A stretch of DNA of 64,000 bases from assembly GCA_018675685.1 (NCBI GenBank), contig JABGXP010000010.1, forward strand, positions 49,427-113,426. The letters run 5' to 3'. Every line of letters begins with the position of its first letter. The stretch's first letter is position 1. Below, one piece after another: positions 38,850-47,633 of the stretch. The translations under genes were made by a program, and so were the position numbers. The notes below the pieces were generated by a model, which was not told where the DNA came from, searched no databases, and saw nothing but the letters and a program-made list of their open reading frames with translations. This DNA comes from a bacterium. Lineage in GTDB: Bacteria > Patescibacteriota > Minisyncoccia > Moranbacterales > DUUL01.

Positions 38850-39503
38850 ATGGAAATTGCAACAAACAATCGTTTGAAGGGGGCAATTGGCAGATGGAAA
38901 TTGGCAATTTGGTTGCCAGTCATTTTGTTTTGTTATTATTATGAGCTTATGCCAATCTTTCTGTTTGTGGTTATTGTAGCAGGAATGTATGAGATTAGAA
39001 TTCGGAGCGTGTTTGTTACGAATTGGTCAGTCATAGCATATTTTCATCTTGCTGGATTGTGCTGGCTCTTTATTATGCCGGAAAAAGAAATCTGGTTTAT
39101 TGTTATGGTTGTTATTATCAACGATGCTTTCGCGTATTATGGGGGAAGTTTTCTGAACTTCGCGCGGTTTATGCGAATGAAGATTTCTACTGTAAGCCCA
39201 AATAAAACTCTAGGGGGACTGATATACGGAGTTTTTGGCGGTATTTTAATGGCAATTTTACTTTTCAAATTCTATGATTATCCACCAAGATATATCTGGT
39301 TTGCCTTTCTCTTGTGTTTGGCAGGTGATGTGGGAGATTTATTGGAAAGCGGATTTAAAAGATTCTGTGGTATTAAGGATTCTGGTGATGGTCTGTTTAC
39401 AAAAAGATTACTTTGTGGACATGGTGGCGTCTATGACAGGTTCGATGCCTTGGCGTTCGTATGCCACTACTGGATGATAATAACTCTTTTGAAGTTCAAC
39501 TAA
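38850..39503 (+). CDS. cdsA: Phosphatidate cytidylyltransferase
   Basis: D.FAY..G, SPNKT..G, GDL.ES.FKR..GIKDSG, GHGG..DRFD. Confidence 0.9.
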   Translation: MEIATNNRLKGAIGRWKLAIWLPVILFCYYYELMPIFLFVVIVAGMYEIRIRSVFVTNWSVIAYFHLAGLCWLFIMPEKEIWFIVMVVIINDAFAYYGGSFLNFARFMRMKISTVSPNKTLGGLIYGVFGGILMAILLFKFYDYPPRYIWFAFLLCLAGDVGDLLESGFKRFCGIKDSGDGLFTKRLLCGHGGVYDRFDALAFVCHYWMIITLLKFN

Positions 39504-39525
39504 ACAAACCTATGGAGGTGAGAAA

Positions 39526-40578
39526 ATGACAAAGAAAAAAGAAACGACCTACAAGGATGCTGGTGTGGATATTGACAAAGGAGATGAATTTGTCGATCTA
39601 ATCAAGGGAAAATTGGCCACAACATTTCCACTTCTTTCAACAGGAGAAGTTATCACAGAGCTTGGAGGTTTCAGCTCCTTAGTAGAATTGCCAGATGGTA
39701 GAATCATTGCTCTCACAACTGATGGTGTGGGAACAAAATTGATGATTGCAATTCTTTTGGATAGACACAACACTGTTGGTATTGATCTTGTCGCAATGTG
39801 CGTCAATGATTTAATCGTAGGCGGAGTTATGCCAGGTGTCTTTATTGACTATATGGCTTTAGGGAAGTTGTTTGTGGATAAAGCGGTTTCATTGGTTGAC
39901 GGCATGGTCGAGGGCTGTCGTCAGTCGCAATGCGCTATGATTGGTGGTGAAACAGCTGAATGTCCTGGACTGTATGGTCCTGAAGAATATGACCTAGCTG
40001 GATTTGCTGTTGGATTTGCCGATTCTCGCAAGAAATTGATTATGGGAGATAAAGTACGTCCAGGGATGCATGTCTATGGGCTTCCGTCTTCAGGCTTACA
40101 TTCCAATGCCTTCAGTCTAGTACGGAAGATTTTCGGTATTAACCTGGATACTCCAGTTGCCTCAATCAAAGCTTTAAATGAAGTGATTCCAGCACTGGGG
40201 CATAACATTACATTGGGAGAGGAGCTTCTTCGACCAACCAGAATCTATGTCCAAGAAGTTGCAAAATTGATGCAAAAATATACTATTGCTGGCATGGTGA
40301 ACGTCACAGGCGGTGGGTTGAAAGAAAATCCTCCACGCATAATGCCAGAGGATTGCTCAATGAATATTTATCTTGACACTTGGAAGCCACAGCCCATTTT
40401 CTCTTTGATTCAGAAACTGGGAAATGTTTCCCAAGCAGAAATGCTCAAGGCAACCAACTACGGCATCGGATATATGATTATTTCACCAGATGAAATAACT
40501 GATAGTGACATTGTCAAAATAGGTGAGATTGTCGAGTATGATGGTAAAAATGTTTTTTTTAAAGACAAAAAAGATTAA
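39526..40578 (+). CDS. purM: Phosphoribosylformylglycinamidine cyclo-ligase
   Basis: TYKDAGVDI, TDGVGTK, GIDLVAMCVND, GGETAE.PG, SSGLHSN, TGGG. Confidence 0.96.
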   Translation: MTKKKETTYKDAGVDIDKGDEFVDLIKGKLATTFPLLSTGEVITELGGFSSLVELPDGRIIALTTDGVGTKLMIAILLDRHNTVGIDLVAMCVNDLIVGGVMPGVFIDYMALGKLFVDKAVSLVDGMVEGCRQSQCAMIGGETAECPGLYGPEEYDLAGFAVGFADSRKKLIMGDKVRPGMHVYGLPSSGLHSNAFSLVRKIFGINLDTPVASIKALNEVIPALGHNITLGEELLRPTRIYVQEVAKLMQKYTIAGMVNVTGGGLKENPPRIMPEDCSMNIYLDTWKPQPIFSLIQKLGNVSQAEMLKATNYGIGYMIISPDEITDSDIVKIGEIVEYDGKNVFFKDKKD

Positions 40579-40601
40579 AGTTGGTGTTCTTCTAACAGAA
40601 A

Positions 40602-40640
40602 CCTCCGTAGCTCGAAATTCGAGTTACGGAGGCTTTACTT
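40602..40640 (+). terminator. Terminator after purM
   Basis: cctccgtagctcgaaattcgagttacggagg hairpin. Confidence 0.75.
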
Positions 40641-40664
40641 TGCTTGTGAGAAAATATCCAAAGT

Positions 40665-40865
40665 TTATTCAGAAAGTTCTTCGTATTTTCCCTCTAAATT
40701 GAAAGTCAGGACCTCAAGTGCTTTTTCGTCAGCCCCAATTGCTTCAATTAGAAGTGTTGCAGTTTCGTCATCAACTTCACTCACTGCATTTCCCCAGATA
40801 TTTTTTTGCTCCTTTGTGAGCGTTGAATTATTTATGATTTCTAAAAGCTCAGCTTCCTTTTTCAT
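40665..40865 (-). CDS. Small acidic hypothetical protein
   Basis: 66 aa ORF with plausible composition. Confidence 0.55.
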   Translation of the reverse strand: MKKEAELLEIINNSTLTKEQKNIWGNAVSEVDDETATLLIEAIGADEKALEVLTFNLEGKYEELSE

Positions 40866-41020
40866 AAGAATAAAAGTTAGATTTTTTAGTACTCCTTTTA
40901 TAGCATATCAGGATTATTTAACAAGATTGAAATTTGCCAAAATAAAGGAGTCACTATAAAGACAAAAAAATGACAAACTTTTCAAGAGTTTGTCATTTTT
41001 AACCATTATGAATCAAAGGT

Positions 41021-41209
41021 CTATTCATCTTCCCGGGTAACTGATATTGCTCCAACTGGGCAACCAACAGCAGCCTTCATTGTACAAGGGAATTCTTTTT
41101 GTGAAATTGGTGACGACTTCCCTTCATCATTTGTTTGAAATGATTCTGGACAATTTGCTACACAAGTTTGACATCCAATGCAAAGATCTTGGTTTACTTC
41201 AATTTTCAT
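41021..41209 (-). CDS. Single-cluster ferredoxin
   Basis: CIGCQTC...CP and CPVGAI motifs. Confidence 0.9.
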   Translation of the reverse strand: MKIEVNQDLCIGCQTCVANCPESFQTNDEGKSSPISQKEFPCTMKAAVGCPVGAISVTREDE

Positions 41210-41362
41210 TTTGATAGTTTAAAAAATTATCAATCCTATATTCTTTATTATATAGAACTATTCTTTTAATTCCAAGTTTGTGACAAAAACAAAAGATTGA
41301 GTTAATATGTTATAGTGATAGAGAAAAAAGCAAAATAACATAGAATTTAAAAATAAAGACAG

Positions 41363-43615
41363 ATGTCAAAATTGATTGATGGATTGAATGAGAAACAAAA
41401 AGAGGCTGTTCTTCAGACTGAAGGGCCTGTACTTATTCTTGCTGGTGCAGGGTCTGGAAAGACCAGAGCTCTGACTTTTCGTGTTGCATATTTAATTAAA
41501 GAAAAAGGAATACACCCTAAAAATGTCCTAGCCGTGACTTTTACAAATAAGGCAGCAGGCGAAATGCTGTTGCGAGTCAAAGAACTTTTAGAGTTACCAG
41601 CGGAAGCTACAATTTTTTCTTCAAAAGTTCCACATGTGGGAACTTTTCATTCTATTTGTGTGAGAATTTTGCGACGTGAGATTGAGCGCCTTGGTTTTGA
41701 GTCTAAATTTGTGATTTATGATGATCAAGATCAACTAGCACTAATGAAGCGCGTAATGCGTGAAACAGGGGTTTCACAAGAACAAATAAAACCAAAGGCA
41801 ATCCTAGGGGCAATTTCAAATGCAAAAAACAAACTTATTGATGCTAAGCTTTTTGAGGAGCAACAAGGAAGCTATTTTGAAGAAACTGTTGCCAAATGCT
41901 TTTTGAGATATGCGAAGGAACTGAAGCAAGCAAGCGCCTTAGATTTTGACGACATTATCCTCTTTACAGTCAAATTGATGCAAGAGAACCCTGATATATT
42001 GAAAAAATATCAGACGATGTTTCGTTATATCATGGTGGATGAATATCAGGATACAAATCATGCTCAATATACCTTGCTCAAGATGCTAGCAAAGGGCCAC
42101 AATAATCTTTGTGTTGTTGGTGATGATTGGCAGTCAATCTATGGTTGGAGGGGAGCGGATGTTCAAAATATTTTGGATTTCGAGAAGGACTATCCTGATG
42201 CAAAAATTGTTTTATTGGAACAAAATTATCGAAGTACACAAAACATTTTGGATGCAGCGCACCAAGTGATTTCCAAAAATGTGAACAGGAAAGAAAAGAA
42301 CATGTGGACAGAGAATGATAATGGAAACTTACTAACGCTTTTCGAGGCTAAAAATGAAAAGAGTGAAGCCAATTTTGTTACAGAGGAGATATTGAAACTC
42401 AAAAAAGAACTAAAGCATAAATTTGATGATTTTGCAGTACTGTATCGAACAAATGCACAATCACGAGCAATGGAGGAGGCTTTTATGAAAGCTGGGATCC
42501 CATATAAAATTATCGGTGGAATGAAGTTCTACCAGAGAAAAGAAGTGAAAGATGTTCTGGCGTATCTGTTTTTTGTACACAATACAAAAAATAAAATTGG
42601 CTTTTCAAGAATTATCAATACTCCAGGGAGAGGAATTGGTGATAAGACAGTAGAAAAAATTATTTCCTTAGGAGAAAAAATGGAAGGCGATCTACTACTT
42701 GCGATTGAAAAAATTGCAAAAGCAACTGACTCTCGTGAATTTGGGATTCCGCCTTCAAAAGCCAAGGAATTACAGAAATTCTATGAGTTAATGGGAGAGT
42801 CTTTAGTCGCGTCTCATTCAAAAACCGTAGCAGAGTTGATTGAAAAAATTTATAGGGATAGTGGCTATGAAAAAATGTTAGCAAAGGAAGGAGAGGAAGG
42901 GCAAGTGCGGCACGAAAATGTACAAGAACTCCTAACTGTAGCTAGAAAATTTGATAAACACGAGAATGGTCTAGAGGCGTTTTTAGAGGAGGTTACCTTA
43001 GTCTCTCAAACTGACAATGACTTGGGAATAACTGAAGTTGTTCCTTTTATGACACTTCATAGTGCCAAGGGGTTGGAGTATGAATCTGTTTTTATCGTTG
43101 GAATGGAGGAGGGTCTCTTGCCACACTCCAGAGCAACAATGAATGAGAGCGAGATGGAAGAGGAGAGAAGACTTTGTTATGTGGGAATCACAAGAGCAAA
43201 ACAAAAAGCTCATCTTGTTTATACAATGACAAGAAATATTTATGGCTCTACTCAAATTTCAGTGAAGTCCCGATTCATTGATGAAATTGAACCCGAATTA
43301 TTTGAACAGCGATATGATGAAGAGGTGGCTGACGATGATTTTTTTCGAAGTGAAGCTGTAATTGATCAAGGAATCAACGACTACTTTGGAGTAAAGCAAG
43401 GATTTATAAAGAGACCGACTAGTTTCGCTTATAAGCCCAAAAAGAAAAAGCAGGAAAAAAAGAGGTCAGATTTCAGCGATGGAGAAAGTGTGAAACATTC
43501 AGAATTTGGAACGGGAATGATCGTCTCACAAGACAAAAAAACTTTTAGTGTTGTTTTTCCAACGGCAGGTTTGAAAAAATTGGCAAAAGGAGTGGCTCCA
43601 TTGGAAAAGGTCTAA
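41363..43615 (+). CDS. pcrA: ATP-dependent DNA helicase PcrA/UvrD
   Basis: AGAGSGKT, TFTNKAA, VDEYQDTN, LEQNYRST, HSAKGLE, EERRLCYVGITRA. Confidence 0.96.
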   Translation: MSKLIDGLNEKQKEAVLQTEGPVLILAGAGSGKTRALTFRVAYLIKEKGIHPKNVLAVTFTNKAAGEMLLRVKELLELPAEATIFSSKVPHVGTFHSICVRILRREIERLGFESKFVIYDDQDQLALMKRVMRETGVSQEQIKPKAILGAISNAKNKLIDAKLFEEQQGSYFEETVAKCFLRYAKELKQASALDFDDIILFTVKLMQENPDILKKYQTMFRYIMVDEYQDTNHAQYTLLKMLAKGHNNLCVVGDDWQSIYGWRGADVQNILDFEKDYPDAKIVLLEQNYRSTQNILDAAHQVISKNVNRKEKNMWTENDNGNLLTLFEAKNEKSEANFVTEEILKLKKELKHKFDDFAVLYRTNAQSRAMEEAFMKAGIPYKIIGGMKFYQRKEVKDVLAYLFFVHNTKNKIGFSRIINTPGRGIGDKTVEKIISLGEKMEGDLLLAIEKIAKATDSREFGIPPSKAKELQKFYELMGESLVASHSKTVAELIEKIYRDSGYEKMLAKEGEEGQVRHENVQELLTVARKFDKHENGLEAFLEEVTLVSQTDNDLGITEVVPFMTLHSAKGLEYESVFIVGMEEGLLPHSRATMNESEMEEERRLCYVGITRAKQKAHLVYTMTRNIYGSTQISVKSRFIDEIEPELFEQRYDEEVADDDFFRSEAVIDQGINDYFGVKQGFIKRPTSFAYKPKKKKQEKKRSDFSDGESVKHSEFGTGMIVSQDKKTFSVVFPTAGLKKLAKGVAPLEKV

Positions 43616-43782
43616 TTTATAAATTAGCTGAGTTGGGCAGAAAAACCTTGAGTTTTTTTGCCTTTTTGTTAAGATAACTGGAAGCATTTGCTTCATCGTG
43701 TGTTCTTTGAACAATCTAACGTTTTGCCAGTATAAATTTTTCAGAACTTTTTTCTTTTTTAATACTAAGGAGGGTAGATATT

Positions 43783-44448
43783 ATGGATAATATCCTGGCT
43801 GTTGTTACGACTATTTTGTGTTGGCTATTTGTTTTTGCAGTAGAAAGAAAGGTAAAAGACAATGGAAAGAGTCTAAGACAATTGATTCTACGTTATAAAT
43901 ACGTGCTACATCCCAATGCAATTACCATAGGAGCTCTTATTTTAGCCTTGATTTCAATGCGTTTGTATCATTTGCAATTTCCACGTTTGGCAATCATCCT
44001 TTTTTTAATTGCAGCTTTCGCTGATGCAATTGATGGAGTTATTGCTCGTGGAACGGGACTTGTGACTTCGCTGGGAAAGGAGATAGACCCTCTTTGTGAC
44101 AAAATTAAATATTTCATCCCCTTGATTTATTTTGCTTATCAAGGCTTATTGTCGAAAGAATTGGTTATTATACTTTTCTTGATTGATGTAACTGGTCAAT
44201 TACTAAGAAGAAGTGTTTCGTGCATCAATAAGAATTTTAAACTTAAATTCAAAATTGCCTCGAATGGTTTCGGAAAGATTAAAACAATTCTAGCATTGTT
44301 ACTAGTAGTTTATTGTTGCTTATTACAACAACGAAGTGGTGTACCGGATTTTGCTAACCACATACTATTTATTGTTTTGATCTTAGCCACTCTTTCTGTC
44401 GTTTTCAAATTTGTGAAAAATAAAGCGACGAAAGAAAGACTTGTATAG
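43783..44448 (+). CDS. CDP-alcohol phosphatidyltransferase (PgsA-like)
   Basis: HPNAIT and DAIDGVIAR..G.VT.LG..IDPLCDK signature; AGGAGG SD. Confidence 0.88.
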   Translation: MDNILAVVTTILCWLFVFAVERKVKDNGKSLRQLILRYKYVLHPNAITIGALILALISMRLYHLQFPRLAIILFLIAAFADAIDGVIARGTGLVTSLGKEIDPLCDKIKYFIPLIYFAYQGLLSKELVIILFLIDVTGQLLRRSVSCINKNFKLKFKIASNGFGKIKTILALLLVVYCCLLQQRSGVPDFANHILFIVLILATLSVVFKFVKNKATKERLV

Positions 44449-44624
44449 TAGACAAAGTTAATAAGAAAGGCTTTTGAGAAGCATTAAAAAGGATTGGAGA
44501 AAAAACTTCAGTCCTTTTTTACTAGATATTTTTTAGAGTAATAATTCAAAAATTAAATGAGATATTTTTTCTAGTAAAAGCATTAAGGGTTTCTATTCAC
44601 CATATGCTTATAAGTAAAAAATAA

Positions 44625-44660
44625 GAGTGCCGAACTTGAAACTTCAAGTTCGGCACTTTA
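44625..44660 (-). terminator. Terminator downstream of the GGDEF gene
   Basis: agtgccgaacttgaa-ac-ttcaagttcggcact. Confidence 0.7.
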
Positions 44661-44696
44661 TTAGATAGGGAAGGAGAAGGCCCTATCCAGACTGTC

Positions 44697-45359
44697 TTAG
44701 TCACAGCAGACGCGATTACGTCCACATTTTTTTGCTTTGTACAAATTTTCATCTGCTTCACTCATAAGGGCAGGTAGCGACTGCTCTTTATCGCGCAGAG
44801 TCGCCACACCTAAACTCAGAGTTAAAATTTCGGAAGCATCAGAATTGGAATGGGGAATTTCAAGTTTTTCAATGGCTAAGCGAGCTCTTTCTGCCATAAC
44901 TTGAGCACCTGCTTCATCAGTGTTGGCAAGAATAAAGACAAATTCCTCCCCTCCATATCTTGATAAGGAGTCAGCAGGACGATGCAAGGTGTCTTTGAGC
45001 GCCATCGCAACATTTTCGAGCGCCTCATCTCCTTTTTGATGTCCGTAAAGATCGTTATATTTCTTAAAATAATCAATATCGATCATTACAATAGACAGGG
45101 GTTCATTCCGCCGTAAAGATTCACGGAATTCTCGTTTTGACTCTTGATCAAAGAATCTCCTATTTGAAACACCCGTTAGTCCATCAATCGTTACGAGAGA
45201 CTCAAGTCTTTTGTTTTCCTCCTCTAGCTGGATTATATAGGCCAGTGATCCATCTAACCGCTTTTCTGTCTTGGCTAGTTTTTTTGCAAAGGATTTAATG
45301 ATCTTTCGCAATTTCTCTACTAATAAGTCGACATGTGGTAATCTTGACTCCTTTGCCAT
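44697..45359 (-). CDS. Diguanylate cyclase (coiled coil plus GGDEF)
   Basis: DGLTG..NRR, DIDYFK.YND.YGH..GD, RPAD I-site, RYGGEEF; promoter TTGACA-N17-TATGAT upstream. Confidence 0.93.
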   Translation of the reverse strand: MAKESRLPHVDLLVEKLRKIIKSFAKKLAKTEKRLDGSLAYIIQLEEENKRLESLVTIDGLTGVSNRRFFDQESKREFRESLRRNEPLSIVMIDIDYFKKYNDLYGHQKGDEALENVAMALKDTLHRPADSLSRYGGEEFVFILANTDEAGAQVMAERARLAIEKLEIPHSNSDASEILTLSLGVATLRDKEQSLPALMSEADENLYKAKKCGRNRVCCD

Positions 45360-45569
45360 AGTAAGCTCCTTTAGTGAAGGTGTTTTCTGATTTGTACAAA
45401 TAAATAAAATGAACTGGTATGCTTTTAATCATAGCATGTTTAAAGATATTTGTCAATAGTTATATGCAAATAAAAATCACTAGAAAGCTCATTTGTTTGA
45501 CTAAGGATTAGACTCTAAAAAAGTGTTTTAAAGCATTGTTTTTTAGGAATTATTTGTGATATACTTTCA

Positions 45570-46556
45570 TTGATGAAAATGAAAAGACTGGTATGGATTA
45601 TTGTATTTATTTTGATTGGATGGCTGATTTGGAATGGATCAGTGGCTTTATTTAATGAAAAACGTAAAATTTCTTTTTTTGGAGAAAAACTAATTACTGT
45701 GAATGATGATGGTTTGGTTTACCAAATTTTGTCTGATGCTAAAAATATCGCTGAATTTGAAAAAAAACATAAACTTAGATCGAGCGAAAACGATTTAATT
45801 TACCCAAATAAAAGCGAGAGACTCTTGCCAGGTATGATTGTGGAAGTTTGGCGCAATAGAAAAGTGAAAATTGAGGTTGACGGAAAAGAGATTGAAAAAA
45901 ACACTTTTGCTAAAACTGTCGAGGAAGCTCTTGCTGATGCAGACATCTTTGTGGGACGTTTGGATGTAGTAGAGCCATCTAAGTTGGAAACAATAGATAA
46001 CAGTAAGGAGATCGTTGTGACTAGAATTAATGTTGAAAACATAACCATTGCAAAAAAAGTTGACTTTGAAACAATTGAAAAGAATGACAAAAAACTGCAA
46101 TGGATGAAAAATAAAATTGAACAAGCGGGCGAAAAAGGTGAGAGAGTTGTTGAATATCAAGTAACCTATAAAAACGGTAAGGAGGTTTCAAGGAAAACTC
46201 TTTCCTCTGAAATTACAAAAAAACCAGTAACTGAAATTGTTAGAATTGGAACAAAGATCAACTTTGGAAAATCTCACACTGGATGGGGAACATGGTATGA
46301 CCAGGGACCCCATCCGAAACTTAGAGCAAGATATCCATTTAAAGGAGATATGTTTGCTGCAAGCCCTTGGTTGCCGCTTGGGAGTTATGCTAAGATCACG
46401 AACAAAGCCAATGGAAAGGCTATTATTGTTAGGATAAATGACCGTGGACCCTTTGGAGAAAATAGAATCATTGATCTACATAAACCTGCATTTACGGCAA
46501 TAGCCTCCCTGGGAGCAGGAGTACTAGAAGTAAAAGTGGAAGAAATTTTGCAATAA
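45570..46556 (+). CDS. DUF348/G5 protein with C-terminal RlpA-like DPBB domain
   Basis: TM, TV.EAL....I....D.V.P repeat, G5 (G.KG......Y.NG.....EI...P...I..IGTK), V.INDRGPF...IIDL. Confidence 0.85.
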   Translation: MMKMKRLVWIIVFILIGWLIWNGSVALFNEKRKISFFGEKLITVNDDGLVYQILSDAKNIAEFEKKHKLRSSENDLIYPNKSERLLPGMIVEVWRNRKVKIEVDGKEIEKNTFAKTVEEALADADIFVGRLDVVEPSKLETIDNSKEIVVTRINVENITIAKKVDFETIEKNDKKLQWMKNKIEQAGEKGERVVEYQVTYKNGKEVSRKTLSSEITKKPVTEIVRIGTKINFGKSHTGWGTWYDQGPHPKLRARYPFKGDMFAASPWLPLGSYAKITNKANGKAIIVRINDRGPFGENRIIDLHKPAFTAIASLGAGVLEVKVEEILQ

Positions 46557-46637
46557 ATTTAATAACGAGTAATTTCCCATGCTTAAGAAGAAAATGATAT
46601 ATTCCTTGAGCGCATTTAAGAATTTAAAAACCCCAGA

Positions 46638-47525
46638 ATGATAACGAGAAAGGAAAAGAGGAGAGAATTCAAAAACAAGAACCAAAAAGATAAGTTTTCT
46701 CAGAACTTTCCCCAAGCCAAAAAATCCTTGGGGCAGAATTTTTTAAATGATGAGAAATTTCTTAACTTAATTGTTGAAACAGCAAATTTAAAAAAAACCG
46801 ATAATGTTCTGGAAGTTGGACCAGGAACAGGACTTTTAACTGATAAACTGGAAAGAGCTCCCAAAAAAGTAATTTGTATTGAAAAAGATCGAAGAATGGT
46901 TAAATATTTAGTTGCAAAGTATGGATTGAATAAGGAAAAACAAAAAGAGCAAAAAATTGAAATTATAGAAGGTGATATCTTAGAAATAGACTTGCCTAAA
47001 TTTTTGAAGGAAAGAAACTTTGGTGACTATAAAGTTGTCGCTAATATTCCCTATTATATAACAGGAAAGCTTTTACGTTTATTGTTGGAAACAGAAGTTC
47101 GGGCAAAGTCAATCGTTCTTTTAATTCAAAAGGAAGTCGCTGAGCGAGTTTGTAGCGAGTCTGGCTCCATGAACATCCTTGCAGTGTCAGTTCAGTATTA
47201 TGCAGACATTCGATTAGTTGCAGTTGTTCCAAGAGAGGTGTTTAGTCCGATACCGAAAGTTGATTCAGCCATCATTCATGCGACACCTTTTTTGAAAGAA
47301 AGAGAGAGTGTAGAGCTTGAAAAAGGATTTTTCAAGGTTGTGAAGAGTGGATTTTCTAGTCCGAGAAAAAAATTGTTGAATAATTTGGCTTCTGGATTAA
47401 AACTAGAGAAGGACAAGTTAACCTTTATTTTCTCTGAATTTGGATGGGATGAAAATGTGCGAGCCCAAAATCTGTCTATTAAACAATGGAAGGAGTTAAG
47501 AGATAAAATTTCAAAAAATTTCTAG
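46638..47525 (+). CDS. rsmA: 16S rRNA dimethyladenosine transferase RsmA/KsgA
   Basis: KKSLGQNFL, LEVGPG.G, VVANIPYYIT, QKEVAER, PKVDSA. Confidence 0.96.
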   Translation: MITRKEKRREFKNKNQKDKFSQNFPQAKKSLGQNFLNDEKFLNLIVETANLKKTDNVLEVGPGTGLLTDKLERAPKKVICIEKDRRMVKYLVAKYGLNKEKQKEQKIEIIEGDILEIDLPKFLKERNFGDYKVVANIPYYITGKLLRLLLETEVRAKSIVLLIQKEVAERVCSESGSMNILAVSVQYYADIRLVAVVPREVFSPIPKVDSAIIHATPFLKERESVELEKGFFKVVKSGFSSPRKKLLNNLASGLKLEKDKLTFIFSEFGWDENVRAQNLSIKQWKELRDKISKNF

Positions 47526-47633
47526 ACGTAGAATCAATCACAGAGAAGAGGCCCAGCCAATTTTTAATTTACCCAATAATCTTCCATTATGCTATAATGG
47601 AAGCATAAAAAAATACATAAAATTGATCTAGTC

